This document shows positions 23,891-38,612 of a stretch of DNA of 62,000 nt, in pieces (within the stretch, counting starts at the first letter, position 1; every line of letters begins with the position of its first letter). The stretch covers positions 206,001-268,000 of the forward strand of contig NW_008806276.1 of assembly GCF_000400465.1 (NCBI RefSeq), in the 5' to 3' direction. Origin of the DNA: Wallemia ichthyophaga EXF-994 (Eukaryota; Fungi; Basidiomycota). The notes beneath the pieces were generated by a model. It worked only from the letters and a program-made list of their open reading frames with translations. It was not told where the DNA came from and did no database searches. The position numbers and the translations under genes are program-made.

Positions 23891-24368
23891 GGTCGTTGTG
23901 GGTCAAGGAACAATGATTACGCTGCTGTGTAACTGTGCCCAGGCTTTCCGCCGAATTTCTGTGGATCACAAGAGCCGAGATATTGGAGTTATGGCTAAAA
24001 ATATGCTAAAATTTCGTTATCGATTTTAGATATTTATACTTTCCTTCCGCAGCTGGTCAAGCATACTTAATTACTCAGTGCCTGTGCGAAGTGCTTGTCG
24101 TTGTACCTCGATTCATTCTAGAGACGGAAATTTGAAGGAAAATGGCCCCGTTTTGATCTCTTTCATATTCCACTACCCACACCGGTCCACTAATTGTCTA
24201 GTTTACTCGGCTGCGGCGTCAAAATTTTATACTACCCATCTAGCACTAGAATCGATATTAGCATGGCTATACAACTCCAAATATACTCATACTCCAAATA
24301 AATCTCTAATATCCACCCAGATAGTGCCATCCCTCTATCATCTCAACCATCATCATCTAAATTACAAG

Positions 24369-26206
24369 ATGGTACTAGCAGGACTCGGAAGGCAGCTGAA
24401 TACAGCGTTGAACTCATTCAGCAAGGCTAGCGTTGTTGATGAGAAGGTGAATAGCCCCCTTGCTTTCATTCCACTCTCCTCACACTCCTCCAGACACTCG
24501 ACGCACTTCTCAAGGAAATCTCAAAGGCCTTACTCGAATCTGACATCAACGTCAAGCTTGTAGGTAACCTACGCAACCACGTCAAGACCCGCGCTTTGAA
24601 GGAGATCAAGGAAGCCAATGCTAGCACAAATCACCAAAAGTCAAAGCAGATTGTACACAAGGTGCGTTAGGCATAGAATGCGCGTTTGGCTATAAGCTAA
24701 CATCCACAGGCTATCTTTGATCAACTCGTCGCTCTCGTTGACCCACAGGAAGACCCTTACAAGCCAACGAAAGGGAAAACTAACATTATCATGGCTGTTG
24801 GTTTACAGGGTGCCGGTAAGACCACATCCTGCACTAAACTCGCAGTCCACTACCAAAAGAAGGGCTTCAAAGTAGCTCTTGTGTGCGCAGATACCTTCAG
24901 AGCTGGTGCATTCGACCAACTCAAGCAAAACGCTACAAAGGCTAAAATACCCTTCTACGGCTCTTACACTGAAACTGATCCCGTAGCAATCTCAGTAGCT
25001 GGTGTTCAACAATTTAAAAAGTCAAAATTCGACGTCATCATTGTTGATACCTCTGGTAGACATAAGCAGGAGGAGGATTTATTCGAAGAGATGGTAATGA
25101 TTAGCCAGGCTGTCAAACCTCAAATGACGGTACTCGTTATGGACGGTGCGATGGGTCAGGCTGCTGAATCTCAAGCTAGCGCTTTCAAGCAGAGTTCCGA
25201 TTTTGGTGCAATCATTGTCACTAAAATGGATGGTCACGCTAAAGGTGGTGGTGCTATCTCTGCAGTCGCTGCTACTCAAACACCTATCATTTTCATCGGT
25301 ACTGGTGAGAATTTGCACGATATAGATACCTTTAGACCTCGTCCATTTGTTCAACAGCTACTCGGTATGGGTGATATGCAGGGATTGATGGAGCAAGTTC
25401 AGGATGTAGCCATGTCCGACCCCGACAAACAAAAGGAACTCGCTAAGAAGTTTGAGCAAGGCAGCCTGAGTATCAGAGACTGGTCTGAACAGATTAAGAA
25501 TGTAACTAAACTAGGACCTATCAGTAAGATAGCAGGTATGATACCGGGACTCAACGCCGACATGATTGGACAAGGTGGTGACGATGAGGCTAGCAAGAGG
25601 ATAAAAAGAATGCTCTTCATCACCGATAGTATGACGGTGAAGGAGATGGATAGTGATGGTTCAATCTTCCTGCGCAAAGGCACGGATGGGAAATATGTTG
25701 GAATGAGCAAGCGTGCACTTCGAGTTGCCAGGGGATCAGGTACTAGTGTACGCGAAGTTGAAGAACTGTTGGTGCAATATACGATGATGAAGAGCGGTAT
25801 CCTCAACATGATGAAAGGGCAAGCGGGTGGAGCTGGTGGAATGAAACCAGGTCAGCCGGGTATGCCATCGAGAGATCAGGTACAACAGATGCAAAAGATG
25901 ATGCCACCACAATTACTTCAAAAGCTGAAGAGTGGAGGTGGACCTGAGATACTACAGCAGCTGCAACGCGGACAGATTCCAAAAGGAATGGATCCAGAAA
26001 TGATGGAAAAGATGGCACAACAGATGGGAATGAATCCAAATGCGATGGGCGGCGGTGGTGGAGGTATGCCACAGTTGCCTGGAATGCCACAGATGCCACA
26101 GATGCCACAGATGCCTGGAATGGGTGGCGCAGGTGGATTCAATCCAGCATCTATGCTCGGCGGAATGGATTTCTCGAAGATGGCAGGCATGTTCGGTGGT
26201 AAATAG
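24369..26206 (+). CDS. SRP54: Signal recognition particle 54 kDa subunit (3 exons)
   Basis: MVLAGLG start, [39 protein letters not shown], Met/Gly-rich M-domain. Confidence 0.98.
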
Positions 26207-26747
26207 AAATATCACGTTGTATTTTAAAATCGTTATAATTTTGTTTTCTTAAGGTGTTTGTGATGTAGATATATGCAGGAGGTAGCTCTGCTCTCTCAAA
26301 GCCGGGTGTTAGTAGCCGATGATTCGTCGATCAGCTGATCCTTATCAGCTATATCAGCCATGTATCATTTCCTAATTATCTAACAGACCTTGAGATTAAT
26401 TGAATCTGATATAGCATTTCTATAGGCCAGCAACCAAAGACATCTGCAATTGTGGGCTGAGCTGCGAAAATCTTCTTTTGTTCACACCGCATTAATTATT
26501 CCACACTCGCGAATCTTCGGAAGCTTCCACGGGTATTTTCTTGTCCGTTTTATTGCCTTTGGGAAGAAATGGGTCCCCTAACAATTACTTTTTCAATGGA
26601 CTTTGAGTGGCAAGGGGGCAAAATGAGTTTGTGTATCTTGTAGCATTATAATACACTATAATGCATTAAAATATTAACAAATCAATTAGAAACCAAGTCC
26701 GGCGCATCTCCGCTGAGGCTCCGATGCCGCTCCGTAACCGATCTAGT

Positions 26748-26810
26748 TCCGCTAGAAGGCGAGTATGATATCAGTAGAGTAAGCGAGCCAACTCCGCTAG
26801 AAGGCGAGTA
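26748..26810 (+). repeat. 18-bp perfect direct repeat TCCGCTAGAAGGCGAGTA x2 upstream of PUT2
   Basis: Copies at 26748-26765 and 26793-26810, read directly. Confidence 0.9.
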
Positions 26811-26887
26811 GATTTTAATTTGGAAGAGACATCCAAGGATTTGCACTCGCCAGTCCTTAGACCTCAACGACCAAATACAAATACAAA

Positions 26888-28728
<1,841 letters not shown>

Positions 28729-28799
28729 GACAGCTAAAATATGATGTATAATGTAATGTAATTGGTTTTGATTGAAAATAACATGGTATAACAAAGCAT

Positions 28800-29327
28800 C
28801 TAAAACAAAGCCTCGAGCGTCATCTGCTTGAGTATATCTGTAGCAGAGACCATATCGGAGAACTCAGCAAAGGAAAGTCTGCCATCGCCATCCTTATCGC
28901 CTTCCATGATAGTCTTGTCTACGATTTGCTGGAGTTGCTGATCACGTAGATTATTTCCAACCATCATTTTAAGGACGATGTAGAGTTCGCCGTTGCTAAT
29001 GTATCCATCGCGATCCATGTCGTACACTTTGAATGCAAACTTGAGCTTCTCATCCCTGCCACCGCGGTTACTGAAAGCGCTCAAACCGCCAACGAATTCC
29101 TGGAAATCAACAGTCCCGCCACCATCCTCGTCGAAAATGGCAATCATTCGATGAGCGAGTGGATTATTGGCTACTTGTGGTATCTGTAGGAACTCCTCGC
29201 GGTCAATAGACCCACTACCGTCTCTATCCAGCTTCATGAAGCGTTTCTTGAGCCGCTGGAGTTCAGCAGCGGTGAAATTAGAGTTGCGTTCCAAGTCTCC
29301 TAGAAGTTGTGAACCTGATTGACCCAT
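28800..29327 (-). CDS. CNB1: Calcineurin regulatory subunit B (intronless)
   Basis: MG myristoylation-type start and four EF-hands ([36 protein letters not shown]). Confidence 0.98.
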   Translation of the reverse strand: MGQSGSQLLGDLERNSNFTAAELQRLKKRFMKLDRDGSGSIDREEFLQIPQVANNPLAHRMIAIFDEDGGGTVDFQEFVGGLSAFSNRGGRDEKLKFAFKVYDMDRDGYISNGELYIVLKMMVGNNLRDQQLQQIVDKTIMEGDKDGDGRLSFAEFSDMVSATDILKQMTLEALF

Positions 29328-29387
29328 TTGAGATTGAGTGCTTTCGTCAAGTCGTCGTAGTTTTGAGAGAGGAAACCAACGACAATC

Positions 29388-31067
29388 ATGCTGGCTTCGA
29401 TGATTTCGATGGGTTTGAAGAGCGGCGGCCCATCCACGCCCCTCAAGCAGTCCACCTCACAGCTCAAGACGATATTCGCTCTCGCTTCCGCCCCAGGCAA
29501 GGCAGGTATAGCTGTTGTGCGAGTATCTGGACCGGACGTGCGGCGGGTCTACGATGCATTAACGCCAACGCCAACGCACAAGCAACGCAGACTGCCGCAA
29601 GAGCGGGTGATGGTGAACAGAAGCATCGTGAATCCATCGACTAAGGAAGTCATCGACAGGGCGCTGCTGGTGTATTTTGCGGGTGTGTTTTGGTTGTTAA
29701 TGCGCACACACACACTCACACACCCACCCACTCATAGCTCCGCGCTCGTTCACCTCGCAGGATACACTAGAACTGCATCTGCATGGCGGCAACGCCGTCG
29801 TGGGGGCAGCGCTCAACGCAATCGCTTGTATAGACGGTTGCAGACCAGCTGAGAGGGGTGAATTTGCCAGACGAGCTTTCGAGTCGCATAAATTGGATCT
29901 TACTGAGATCGAAGGATTGAGGGATCTCGTTGATGCTGAAACGGAAATGCAGCGTAGATTGGCATTGCGGCAGTCGAGTGTGCGTCGATTGCTTGTTATT
30001 GTCTTGGTATATCTTACGCGGATCAGGGCGCTGTTAGACAGCAATACGACGATATGCGCTTGGATATCATTCACGCACTCTCCATCGTGGAAGCCGTGAT
30101 AGATTTTGGGGAAGATGAGCAGATTGAGGAAGGCGTTTTAAGTCAAGGTAGGTGTGTGTGTGTGAGGTGATAATGTCTAACACTTGCACCTTCTTTGCAC
30201 TTGATTCAGCCACGCAAAACACGCGTGATCTCGCCGCTAAAATCGAGAAACACCTCCATGATAACAGAAGAGGTGAAATTGTTCGCAGCGGGATTCGTTT
30301 GGCGATTTACGGCCCTCCTAACGCGGGGAAATCAACACTACTCAATCGCTTGGCTAGAAGAGAGGCTGCTATAGTATCACATCTCCCAGGTACTACACGC
30401 GACGTTATCCAACTTAGTCTCAATTTGGGTGGATATCCTGTCTTGGTTTCCGACACAGCCGGCGTGCGCACGACGGATGAAGAAATTGAGCAAATGGGTG
30501 TTAAAAGGGCTGTAGAAGAGTAGGTTGCGTTGTGATGTTCAAATCATCCACTGATTCGCTATCAGAGCCCGCCAGGCAGATATCACACTCGTCGTTCTTG
30601 ACTTGCCTGTTTTATTACAGGAGGGTAGACTTGATGTGGATTTGAAACACATTTCCAAAGACTCAATCGTACTTTTAAATAAATCAGACAGTCTCACCGC
30701 CCCATTGAATCAGACACAACTTGATAAAGTGAAGAAGCTGCTAGAACCATTTGAGAATGTGTTTGCTGGCAGTGTCAAGCAGGAGGCGGCTTTAGAGGAG
30801 TTTTTATTCACTTTAACAAACAATATCAAGCAGCAATTCGATATAGGTATGGCTGACATGCCAATCATCACAGATGCTAGACATCGATACCATCTCGAGC
30901 AGTGTCTGCAATTCCTCAAGGCTTTCATAGGCACACCCTCGAATGCGCCTGTAGAAGCTGCAGAGGAGCTGCGTTATGCCGCACTTGCGTTGGGTAGGGT
31001 GACTGGGAGAGTTGACGTGGAGGACGTATTAGACGCACTCTTTGCGGGTTTTTGCATCGGCAAGTAA
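29388..31067 (+). CDS. MSS1: Mitochondrial tRNA modification GTPase MnmE/Mss1 (multi-exon)
   Basis: [57 protein letters not shown]-terminal FCIGK. Confidence 0.96.
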
Positions 31068-31184
31068 ATGTAAACAAACAAAAGTAAAAGGAAACACCAT
31101 TTAAACGACCATTACAAGCTCCCTCTCGAAAATTAACAAAAATTCCGTAGGTGTAGCGTGCGCATGCATAACGACTGTAATAAT

Positions 31185-31841
31185 CTAGAAGAGACGGTGA
31201 GCCTTACCCATAGTGCTCTTGATGTGAAGAGACTTGACGTTTTGCCAGTTCTTCTTAAGAAGAGAAACGAGGAAGTTTACAGCAAGCATAATGTTTGCGA
31301 CGAGCTCATCCTCGGACATGGTAACGTGACCAACGGCGACAGCCAAACAGAGAACCTTCTTAAGTTGGAACTTGATGGTTGACTTGACTTCGGTGGTCTT
31401 CTTCTCGAGGTCCTCTGAGTGAGAGACTGGGGTTGGGAACTTACCAGCCTTAGACAAACCAGGACCAAGCAAACGAGGAATCTGCTTGATGAGAGCCTCG
31501 GAAGCGACGAAAGCATCGTACTTCTTTGCGAGCTTCTTGACGAGCTTCTTGTTCTTGTTGAGCTTCTTCAAATCTTCAACAGACATGAACTCAAGGCCCA
31601 TAAGCTTAGCACGATCGATATCGGCAGCGTCACCAAGAAGGCAGAGAGCCATTCTAGGTCTTGGGACGTGTGGAAGCTTGATAGTACCAGAGAAACGCTT
31701 GTCTCTTTGTGGGTCGTAGTTCTTGAGACCAATTTGGAGCTCAACGGTCTCGACAAAGTTTCTCTTGTTCTCAGGCTTAGCACTTTGCTCAAGTACGTCC
31801 TTGACCTGCGCACGGACTGTGGAAGTTGGTAACTTGCTCAT
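31185..31841 (-). CDS. RPL1: 60S ribosomal protein uL1 (intronless)
   Basis: [55 protein letters not shown]. Confidence 0.99.
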   Translation of the reverse strand: MSKLPTSTVRAQVKDVLEQSAKPENKRNFVETVELQIGLKNYDPQRDKRFSGTIKLPHVPRPRMALCLLGDAADIDRAKLMGLEFMSVEDLKKLNKNKKLVKKLAKKYDAFVASEALIKQIPRLLGPGLSKAGKFPTPVSHSEDLEKKTTEVKSTIKFQLKKVLCLAVAVGHVTMSEDELVANIMLAVNFLVSLLKKNWQNVKSLHIKSTMGKAHRLF

Positions 31842-32044
31842 AGTGGTCGTCGTGAAGAGAGAAGGCGAGGTGAAAATTGGTCAAATTTGAAGTTTGAAAA
31901 TTGGAGTGTATGTGGGGGGATTGGGAGGGATATTTTAATTAGAATGGGGGTTTTATATATCTACTCACTGACAACAGAAATTCCGCAACTTACAAACCAA
32001 TTTACACCTATTCACAACCCCTTGCATCCCAACACCCACTCAAA

Positions 32045-34785
32045 ATGGGAAAATTCCTAAAGAAACATGCAAAAGGCAGAATTGACAAGTACTATCGTAT
32101 GGCCAAAGATCGTGGCTATCGAAGCCGTGCTTACTTCAAGCTGGCTGAGCTGAATAAGCGCTTTAACTTTATCGAGAAGAGTCGCATAGCTGTGGATTTA
32201 GGTGCAGCTGTTAGTATTCACTATTGATTTTCAATCAACGCTAATAAAAATAAAGCCTGGGTCTTGGTTACAGAATTTATCGAGTAGTATGCCTCATGGT
32301 TCTCTTATCATTGGTGGGCATTTCCATTGAATTCAAGTGAAGGCTTATAACTTTATAGGTGTTGATTTGGTTCCTATTGTTCCTATTCCACGTGTTACTA
32401 CCTTTGTTGCTGACTTAACAACTCAACATTGCAAGCAACTCATTACCAATGAAATGAAGGGAAACCTCGCTGACTTGGTTGTCCACGACGGTGCTCCTAA
32501 CGTTGGTGCTGCTTGGTTACAGGACGCTTTCGCTCAAAATGAGCTTGTACTCGCTAGTTTGAAGATTGCTGCTGAAATTCTTGAAAAGGGCGGTACTTTC
32601 GTCACAAAAGTGTTCAGATCAAAGGATTACAATAACCTCATGTGGGTTTTCAATCAACTCTTCAAAAACGTGAACGCAACAAAGCCAAACAGCTCTAGAT
32701 TGGTTTCTGCTGAGTTATTCGTCGTTTGTCAAGATTTTATTGCTCCTCAAAAGCTCGATCCTCGCTTCTTAGATCCTAAATACGTTTTCAAAGATATCGC
32801 TGCACTTGCTTCCGATTCTGGTAAAGGTTCTGCTGCTGCAAACGCTCACGCCAATGTCTTTATGCCTGAGAAGAAGACAAGAAAGAGGGAAGGTTATGAG
32901 GAAGGCAATTACCTTCAATTCAAAGCAATCAGTGCAACTGATTTCATCGAAAGCACTGAACCTGTCACAATACTTGGTACTCACAACGCAATAACCTTCA
33001 AATCAAAGGAAGATAAGAAGTTGTTGAAAAATGAAGACACCACCGATGACATTAAAGCTAATTGCGAAGATCTCAAAGTGTTAGGAAAGAAAGAATTTAA
33101 ACAACTAATGAAATGGAGACTAATTATACGCGAAGAGATGGGTCTCGAAGTTAGAAAGAAAGACATTAAAGAAGACGTTGACGATGCAGGTCAGTCAAAG
33201 GTTGAAGAGCATCCAATGAATCAAGATGAGCAAATAGCTGAGGAGATTGAGCGTATAGAAAACGAAGACTCAGCCCGTGCTAGAAAAGAACGTAGAAGAC
33301 GCAATGAGAAGCGTGCAAGGGAAGTTCAACGTATGCAGCTTAAGATGGGTGCACCACTTGATATCGGTTTGGAACAAGATGAACAGCTCCAAGATGATGT
33401 CTACCTCCCAGGCAACAAATCTAAACAGGACATGTTTGATTTGAAGCACTCTCAAAAACACATTAAAGGACGCAATCTCGATGAAATGGATGAGGATGAT
33501 GCATCTTCTGAAGAAGAAATCGAAGCTCCAAAATTCGAAGATGCTTATGAAGATGAGGAAGACAAGGTCGTTCGTCTTGAATCTCAAATGGATGGTATGT
33601 ATGAAAAGTACCAAGAAAAACTGCAAGACAGAGACCGTAAGCATCAAGTAAAGGAGGCACGTCGGAAAGATAAGAATAGAGAGGCTTGGGGTGGTATTCC
33701 TCGTCGTGGCGATGACGATGATGAGGATGATGATGATGAAGAGAATGAAGAAGAGGAAGAAGAGGAGTCTGAAGGAGAACACGGCTACGATGCTAAAGAA
33801 AAACGTAGCATGCAGCTTGACCAAGACTCGTCCGATGAAGAGGAGGAAAATGCCGGAAAGTCTAAGAAGTCAACAAAAAAACCGAAGAAAGCAGACAATG
33901 CTCAAGATGAAGCCGCTGCTAGTGTTTGGTTCGGTAATCCACTCTTCAATGGTGCTGATGGTATTGACGAAGAAAGCGAGGAGGAAGAAGACGACAAGCA
34001 ATCTGAGGATGAGTCAATGGAGGAAGACGAGAAACCCCAACAAGACAAAGAAGAGGACGAAGAATCTGACGGATTTGAAGTAGTACCTCAAGAAGACGAC
34101 GGTCAAATGTGGGATGTCGACGATGAGGATCAAGATGCAGTTCGTCAAAAGCGTATCGAAGGTGTGTATAGCGTAATCTTGCATTACTGTACTGACCATT
34201 TTAGACACTGGATTAATTACTGAAGAGGCTATGTCGATGGCTTACCGTTTGAAGAATGGTATGACCACCAAGCAGCAGCTTATAGATGATGGTTTCAACA
34301 AAAACGCCACTAACGATAGAGAGAATCTGCCTGATTGGTTCACCTCGGACGAGCGTAAGAACTACAAGGTCCACGTACCGATCACCAAGGAAGCAGTCGA
34401 CGCTTTGAAGGCTAGACAGAGAGCTATTGACGCACGTCCAATTAAGAAACTTGCTGAAGCGAAAGCCAAGAAGAAGTACAAGGCAACAAAGGCTGCTGAA
34501 AAGGCTGCGGCCAAGGCTGAGACTGTGATGGAGAATCAAGAGCTCACTGAAAAAGAGAAAGCTATGGGTGTACAGAAGATGATCAACAAGACGAAAGCCA
34601 ACGCTAACAAGAAGCGTGAAGTGAAGCTTGTTGTTGCTAAAGGTGCAGCTAAGGGTGTGAAGGGACGTCCAAAGGGAGTTAGTGGACGTTATAGAATGGT
34701 GGATAGGCGTTTCAAGACAGATATTAGAGGTATGCGCAATGCTAAGAGGCGTGCAGTAAACAACAAGAAACGTCGTAATGGTTAG
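32045..34785 (+). CDS. SPB1: 27S pre-rRNA 2'-O-methyltransferase Spb1 (4 exons)
   Basis: [21 protein letters not shown]|[37 protein letters not shown]. Confidence 0.97.
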
Positions 34786-34843
34786 TAAATTGTATAATAG
34801 GGATAATTCAAGAATATATTTATTTATATCCATTACAATCATC

Positions 34844-36529
34844 ATGATTGACGGGCTTATTGTTTTGAACAAGGATGGGTAGGGGAATAGCAAGATATGG
34901 AATTTGTTCTAAATTTTTGTAGAAATGCGTTGCTGCACTCGAGCTTTAAGCAACCAAGCTTTTACCCAGCTATACACATTGACACATACAACTACAAGCA
35001 ACCAATTGAGCCTTTTTTCACAGTAGATACACCCCCAAATGGATCATTTAGTAGTTTTATACGGGTCAATGATATCGTAATCTTATGTCCATTCAATAAG
35101 AATGGTACGTGAAATGCTTAGCGCTGTCTCGACATCTAAATAAGCCCAGTGGACCTGTCGATCCCAATATCGTTCATTCAATTAACTATTAAGCTGCTAG
35201 TTGATTACTTTGGCAAGCTCAATGAGTCTGTAGTACGCGATAACTTTGACATCATCTACCAGGTTGGTGTTATACTGTTGCAAACAAAGCCCACAACTGA
35301 GTTTTATAGCTTATGGAAGAAATACTCGATAATGGCTTCCCTGTTACCACGGAAACTGCCGTTTTGAGCGATATCGTCGTTCCGCCTTCGACGCTGTCCA
35401 AGCTCATGTCGTCAGCTGGAATGAATGTGAAGAGGTTAGCGGGTGTGTTTGGGTGTTAATATTTCGCTTACGCTCATCAGTCAACCAAACGTTAGACCTT
35501 ACGCATCGCCAATCACATGGAGGAAGGCGGGCGTCAAGCACAATAACAATGAAATATTCTTCAATGTTATCGAGTCGATAGATGCGATTGTTGATAAGCA
35601 CGGAAATGCAGTCATGGCTGAGATCAATGGACAAATTGAGTGTGATTCGAGACTGTCTGGTGGGTAAAGCCGAGATATCTGACATAATTCTCATCATTGC
35701 GTCAAGGCACTCCCGACATACTATTAACATTGAAGAATTCCACTTCGATTGAAAAAACATCCCAGCATGCATGCATAAGGTAGATAGAAAACGTCTCTAT
35801 TATGAATAACACTCAAACCTTTCCACAGATACCAGCGTTGGATTAGAGAACGCGTTCTCTCATTCGTTCCACCAGACGGCCGTTTTAGATTGATTTCCTT
35901 CGAACCTAAAGTGAAACCTCGCTTGCCGATAAGCAGTAAATGCTCGATGAAGGTGTCCCCCTATGAAGGTAAGAAAGCTGTTTTGTTTGAGTGGATTGGT
36001 TTACCTTTTTTGCAGGTAACTTTGAATTAATTTTGACAAATACTGTCGGAAAGAAGATGGAGGGTGTTGAGTTGAGTATATTTCTCGGACACGGTGCAGT
36101 GTCTGCACGGGGCGAGTGTAAGAAGAAAAACACACCTTCTGGGAGCAAGGCAATAAGCTCGAACGAGTTCGATCATGTCACCAAGGTTTGTAGACAGCTA
36201 GATGAAAGCCTTAGCCTGAGCTGACAGGTAACTCCAGATATTCAAATGGAACATATCCCATATAGAACCAACTAGCGTACATACCCTGACTGCAAACTTC
36301 AAATCAAGGTGGGTTTCTACGGTTGACTTTGCTTTATGAGTTTACCTTGCAAAACAGCGAAGAATCACCACGACCCGAGACTGCGTTCGGAGTCAACTTC
36401 AGAATACCTCAGCATACAGCTTCTGGAGTCCAGATTGATGGTGTCAAAATCGCAGGCGATGCTGGCTACAAGCCATACAAAGGATTCAAGGGTGAACTGA
36501 CAAGTGGAAGCTACGAAATACGTTGGTAA
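34844..36529 (+). CDS. APM3: AP-3 adaptor complex mu subunit (many exons)
   Basis: DYFGKLNESVVRDNFDIIYQ, WRKAGVKHNNNEIFFNVIESIDAIVD, SFVPPDGRFRLISF, SGVQIDGVKI, YKPYKGFK. Confidence 0.88.
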
Positions 36530-36613
36530 CAAGTAGAAGATAGAAACATGTATTATTTTCATATTTACTTTGTCTTCTCTCGTACGTCATCCGTCATCCG
36601 TCATCCTCACACT

Positions 36614-37971
36614 ATGAGTTTCATACCGCGTACAAACTTCATTTATCCCTCTCGAGCACCTAGTTGGTATATAGGGCATATGAGCAAAGGGATGAGAATT
36701 ATGACGGAGCAGCTCAATACAATCGATGTGATTATAGAAGCGAGAGATGCGCGTATACCGCTTACAGGGATAAATTATCAGTTTGAAAAGATGATTAAGA
36801 GTGGCTGGTCTAATAGAGCCAAGCTCGGCGGTATCACTGAGCGTATCGTAGTTTATACGAAGCGTGATCTCGCCGAAGAAAGATATGAGGGTGTGAGGAT
36901 GCTGCTTTAGAAGGCTAGGATTCCCTAACACAGCTGCCAGCCTCTGATACGCTCGTTCAAAAACTTGGCTGGTCAGCATGTCGTCTTTACCGATAGCAAG
37001 AACGACAAAGATCCACGCGTCGTTCAGCGGCAGCTTGTCTGTGGGTGCGTGTCGTAGCTTTCGATATGTCTAACGCACAACAGCCATTGCTAAAGAACAC
37101 GACGTCCCGAAACTCAATGTACTCGTCACCGGTATGCCAAATGTCGGTAAATCAACTTTTTTGAATGCGCTGAGAAGGGTAGGAGTACACAAAGGTTGGC
37201 TTCATATCGTAATGCTATAGTGTGCTGATAATAGTGTTAGGAAAGGCAGCTATTACAGGCTCAGATCCTGGCGTTACTCGCAAACTAACAGGCACTGTCA
37301 AGATAAATGAAGATCCTAACGTCTATATATACGATACACCCGGAATAATGGTACCGTTTCTTGGCCATGATGAAATGGGATTGGAAATGGGCCTAAAGCT
37401 AGCATTGACATGTGTGTGGATGACTTTGCATACATCCATTGACTCACACAGGCCATCGCAGCGGGAATTAAGCCCGATTTGATAGAGACGGAAACAATAC
37501 TTGATTATTTACTTTACAAACTCAATTTGAGAGACGCTGCCCAACGTTAGTTAGAAATTATATTACGCTATGTCATAACTGATCGGCTTGATAGATTCTC
37601 CGTACCAATCGCAACTACCGCTAGGGAAGAATTATCCTCCAACAAATGACATATACACACTGCTGGAAGACTTGGGCAGACGCATAGGTGCGCTTCGGAA
37701 AGGTGGGATTGTCGATATAGATAATTCATCGCAGTTCCTTATAAACGCAATGCGCCATGGCAAGTTTGGTCGGTGGACATTAGATGATTTTCCAGGAAAT
37801 GGTGAAGATAGTGTAGATTCGCGCGTACACTCCACTCTCAAGACTCATATCGATAGACAGCAACACAACATAGACAACGAGAATGAGCGTCGGAGTAAAT
37901 CGAGTATCCTAAAGCAGGAAAAGAGGGAAGCGGCTGCAAAACGCAAAGAGAAGCATAAAAAAAGACAGTAG
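36614..37971 (+). CDS. MTG1: Mitochondrial ribosome assembly GTPase Mtg1 (RbgA family)
   Basis: SWYIGHMSKG, IEARDARIPLTGIN, GMPNVGKST, PGVTRKL, YIYDTPGIMVP. Confidence 0.93.
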
Positions 37972-38119
37972 ATTGCATGTTTAGTTATTTGTAGTAATAC
38001 ATATGGATTTTTAGATCTAGAAAACTAAAAGAAGCTCTATAATACACATCTTGAATAAATATGCACCTTTTGCAAGTATTGAAAGGAGAGTGGCTCCAAG
38101 GAACCAACGATATCCGGAA

Positions 38120-38487
38120 TTAAGAGCCAGACGATGCAGACGTCGATACTGGCTTGGAAGCGCTGGGATTAGAAGCAAAAAGCAAGCTACCGCCATCGTA
38201 GCTATCCTCCAACATTATCGAACCACGCCTCTCGACACCACCACCATTGGAGGAGTTTGACAACTGCGAAGACTTCAACTTGGGGGTTGAGAGTGGAGTA
38301 GAGTTGTTGTTGTTACTACTGCTGTTGTTGGGACACATTGTTTGTATGAGTTGCTTCTGCCGGAATTCGGTCAAAATTTCAGTGCACCGCAATAGTCACC
38401 ATCACTCACCCTGATCGCTTGTATATCTAGCTCATGCTGGCCTACGTGACTTTCTTTGAAACTGCTGATCAGTTCCTCAATTTCCAT
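38120..38487 (-). CDS. Small two-exon protein (~97 aa) of unknown function
   Basis: ATG 38487 MEIEELISSFKESHVGQHELDIQAIR, GTGAGT...GGCAG intron, then in-frame KQLIQTMCPNNSSS...STPLSTP to the stop at 38120. Confidence 0.65.
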
Positions 38488-38612
38488 TATCAATCTTTAT
38501 CGCGATCGAGGTTGGAGCGAGCGAGTCAATCACACTATCTGCCGTAAAATAAAATTGTAGAAATGTAGAACATGAATGGAAATGTAATAACTTATCAAGA
38601 AGAGATATCTAT

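Noticed and set aside
26086-26117. (ATGCCACAG)3 MPQ repeat in SRP54
   Set aside because: A Gly/Met/Pro/Gln-rich C-terminal tail is normal for eukaryotic SRP54.
34213-34893. 226-aa hydrophobic minus-strand ORF, and similar long antisense ORFs (19694-20227, 16109-16693)
   Set aside because: They are antisense to charged or GC-rich coding exons of SPB1, CPS1 and HOM2, have no recognisable motifs, and are expected shadow frames.
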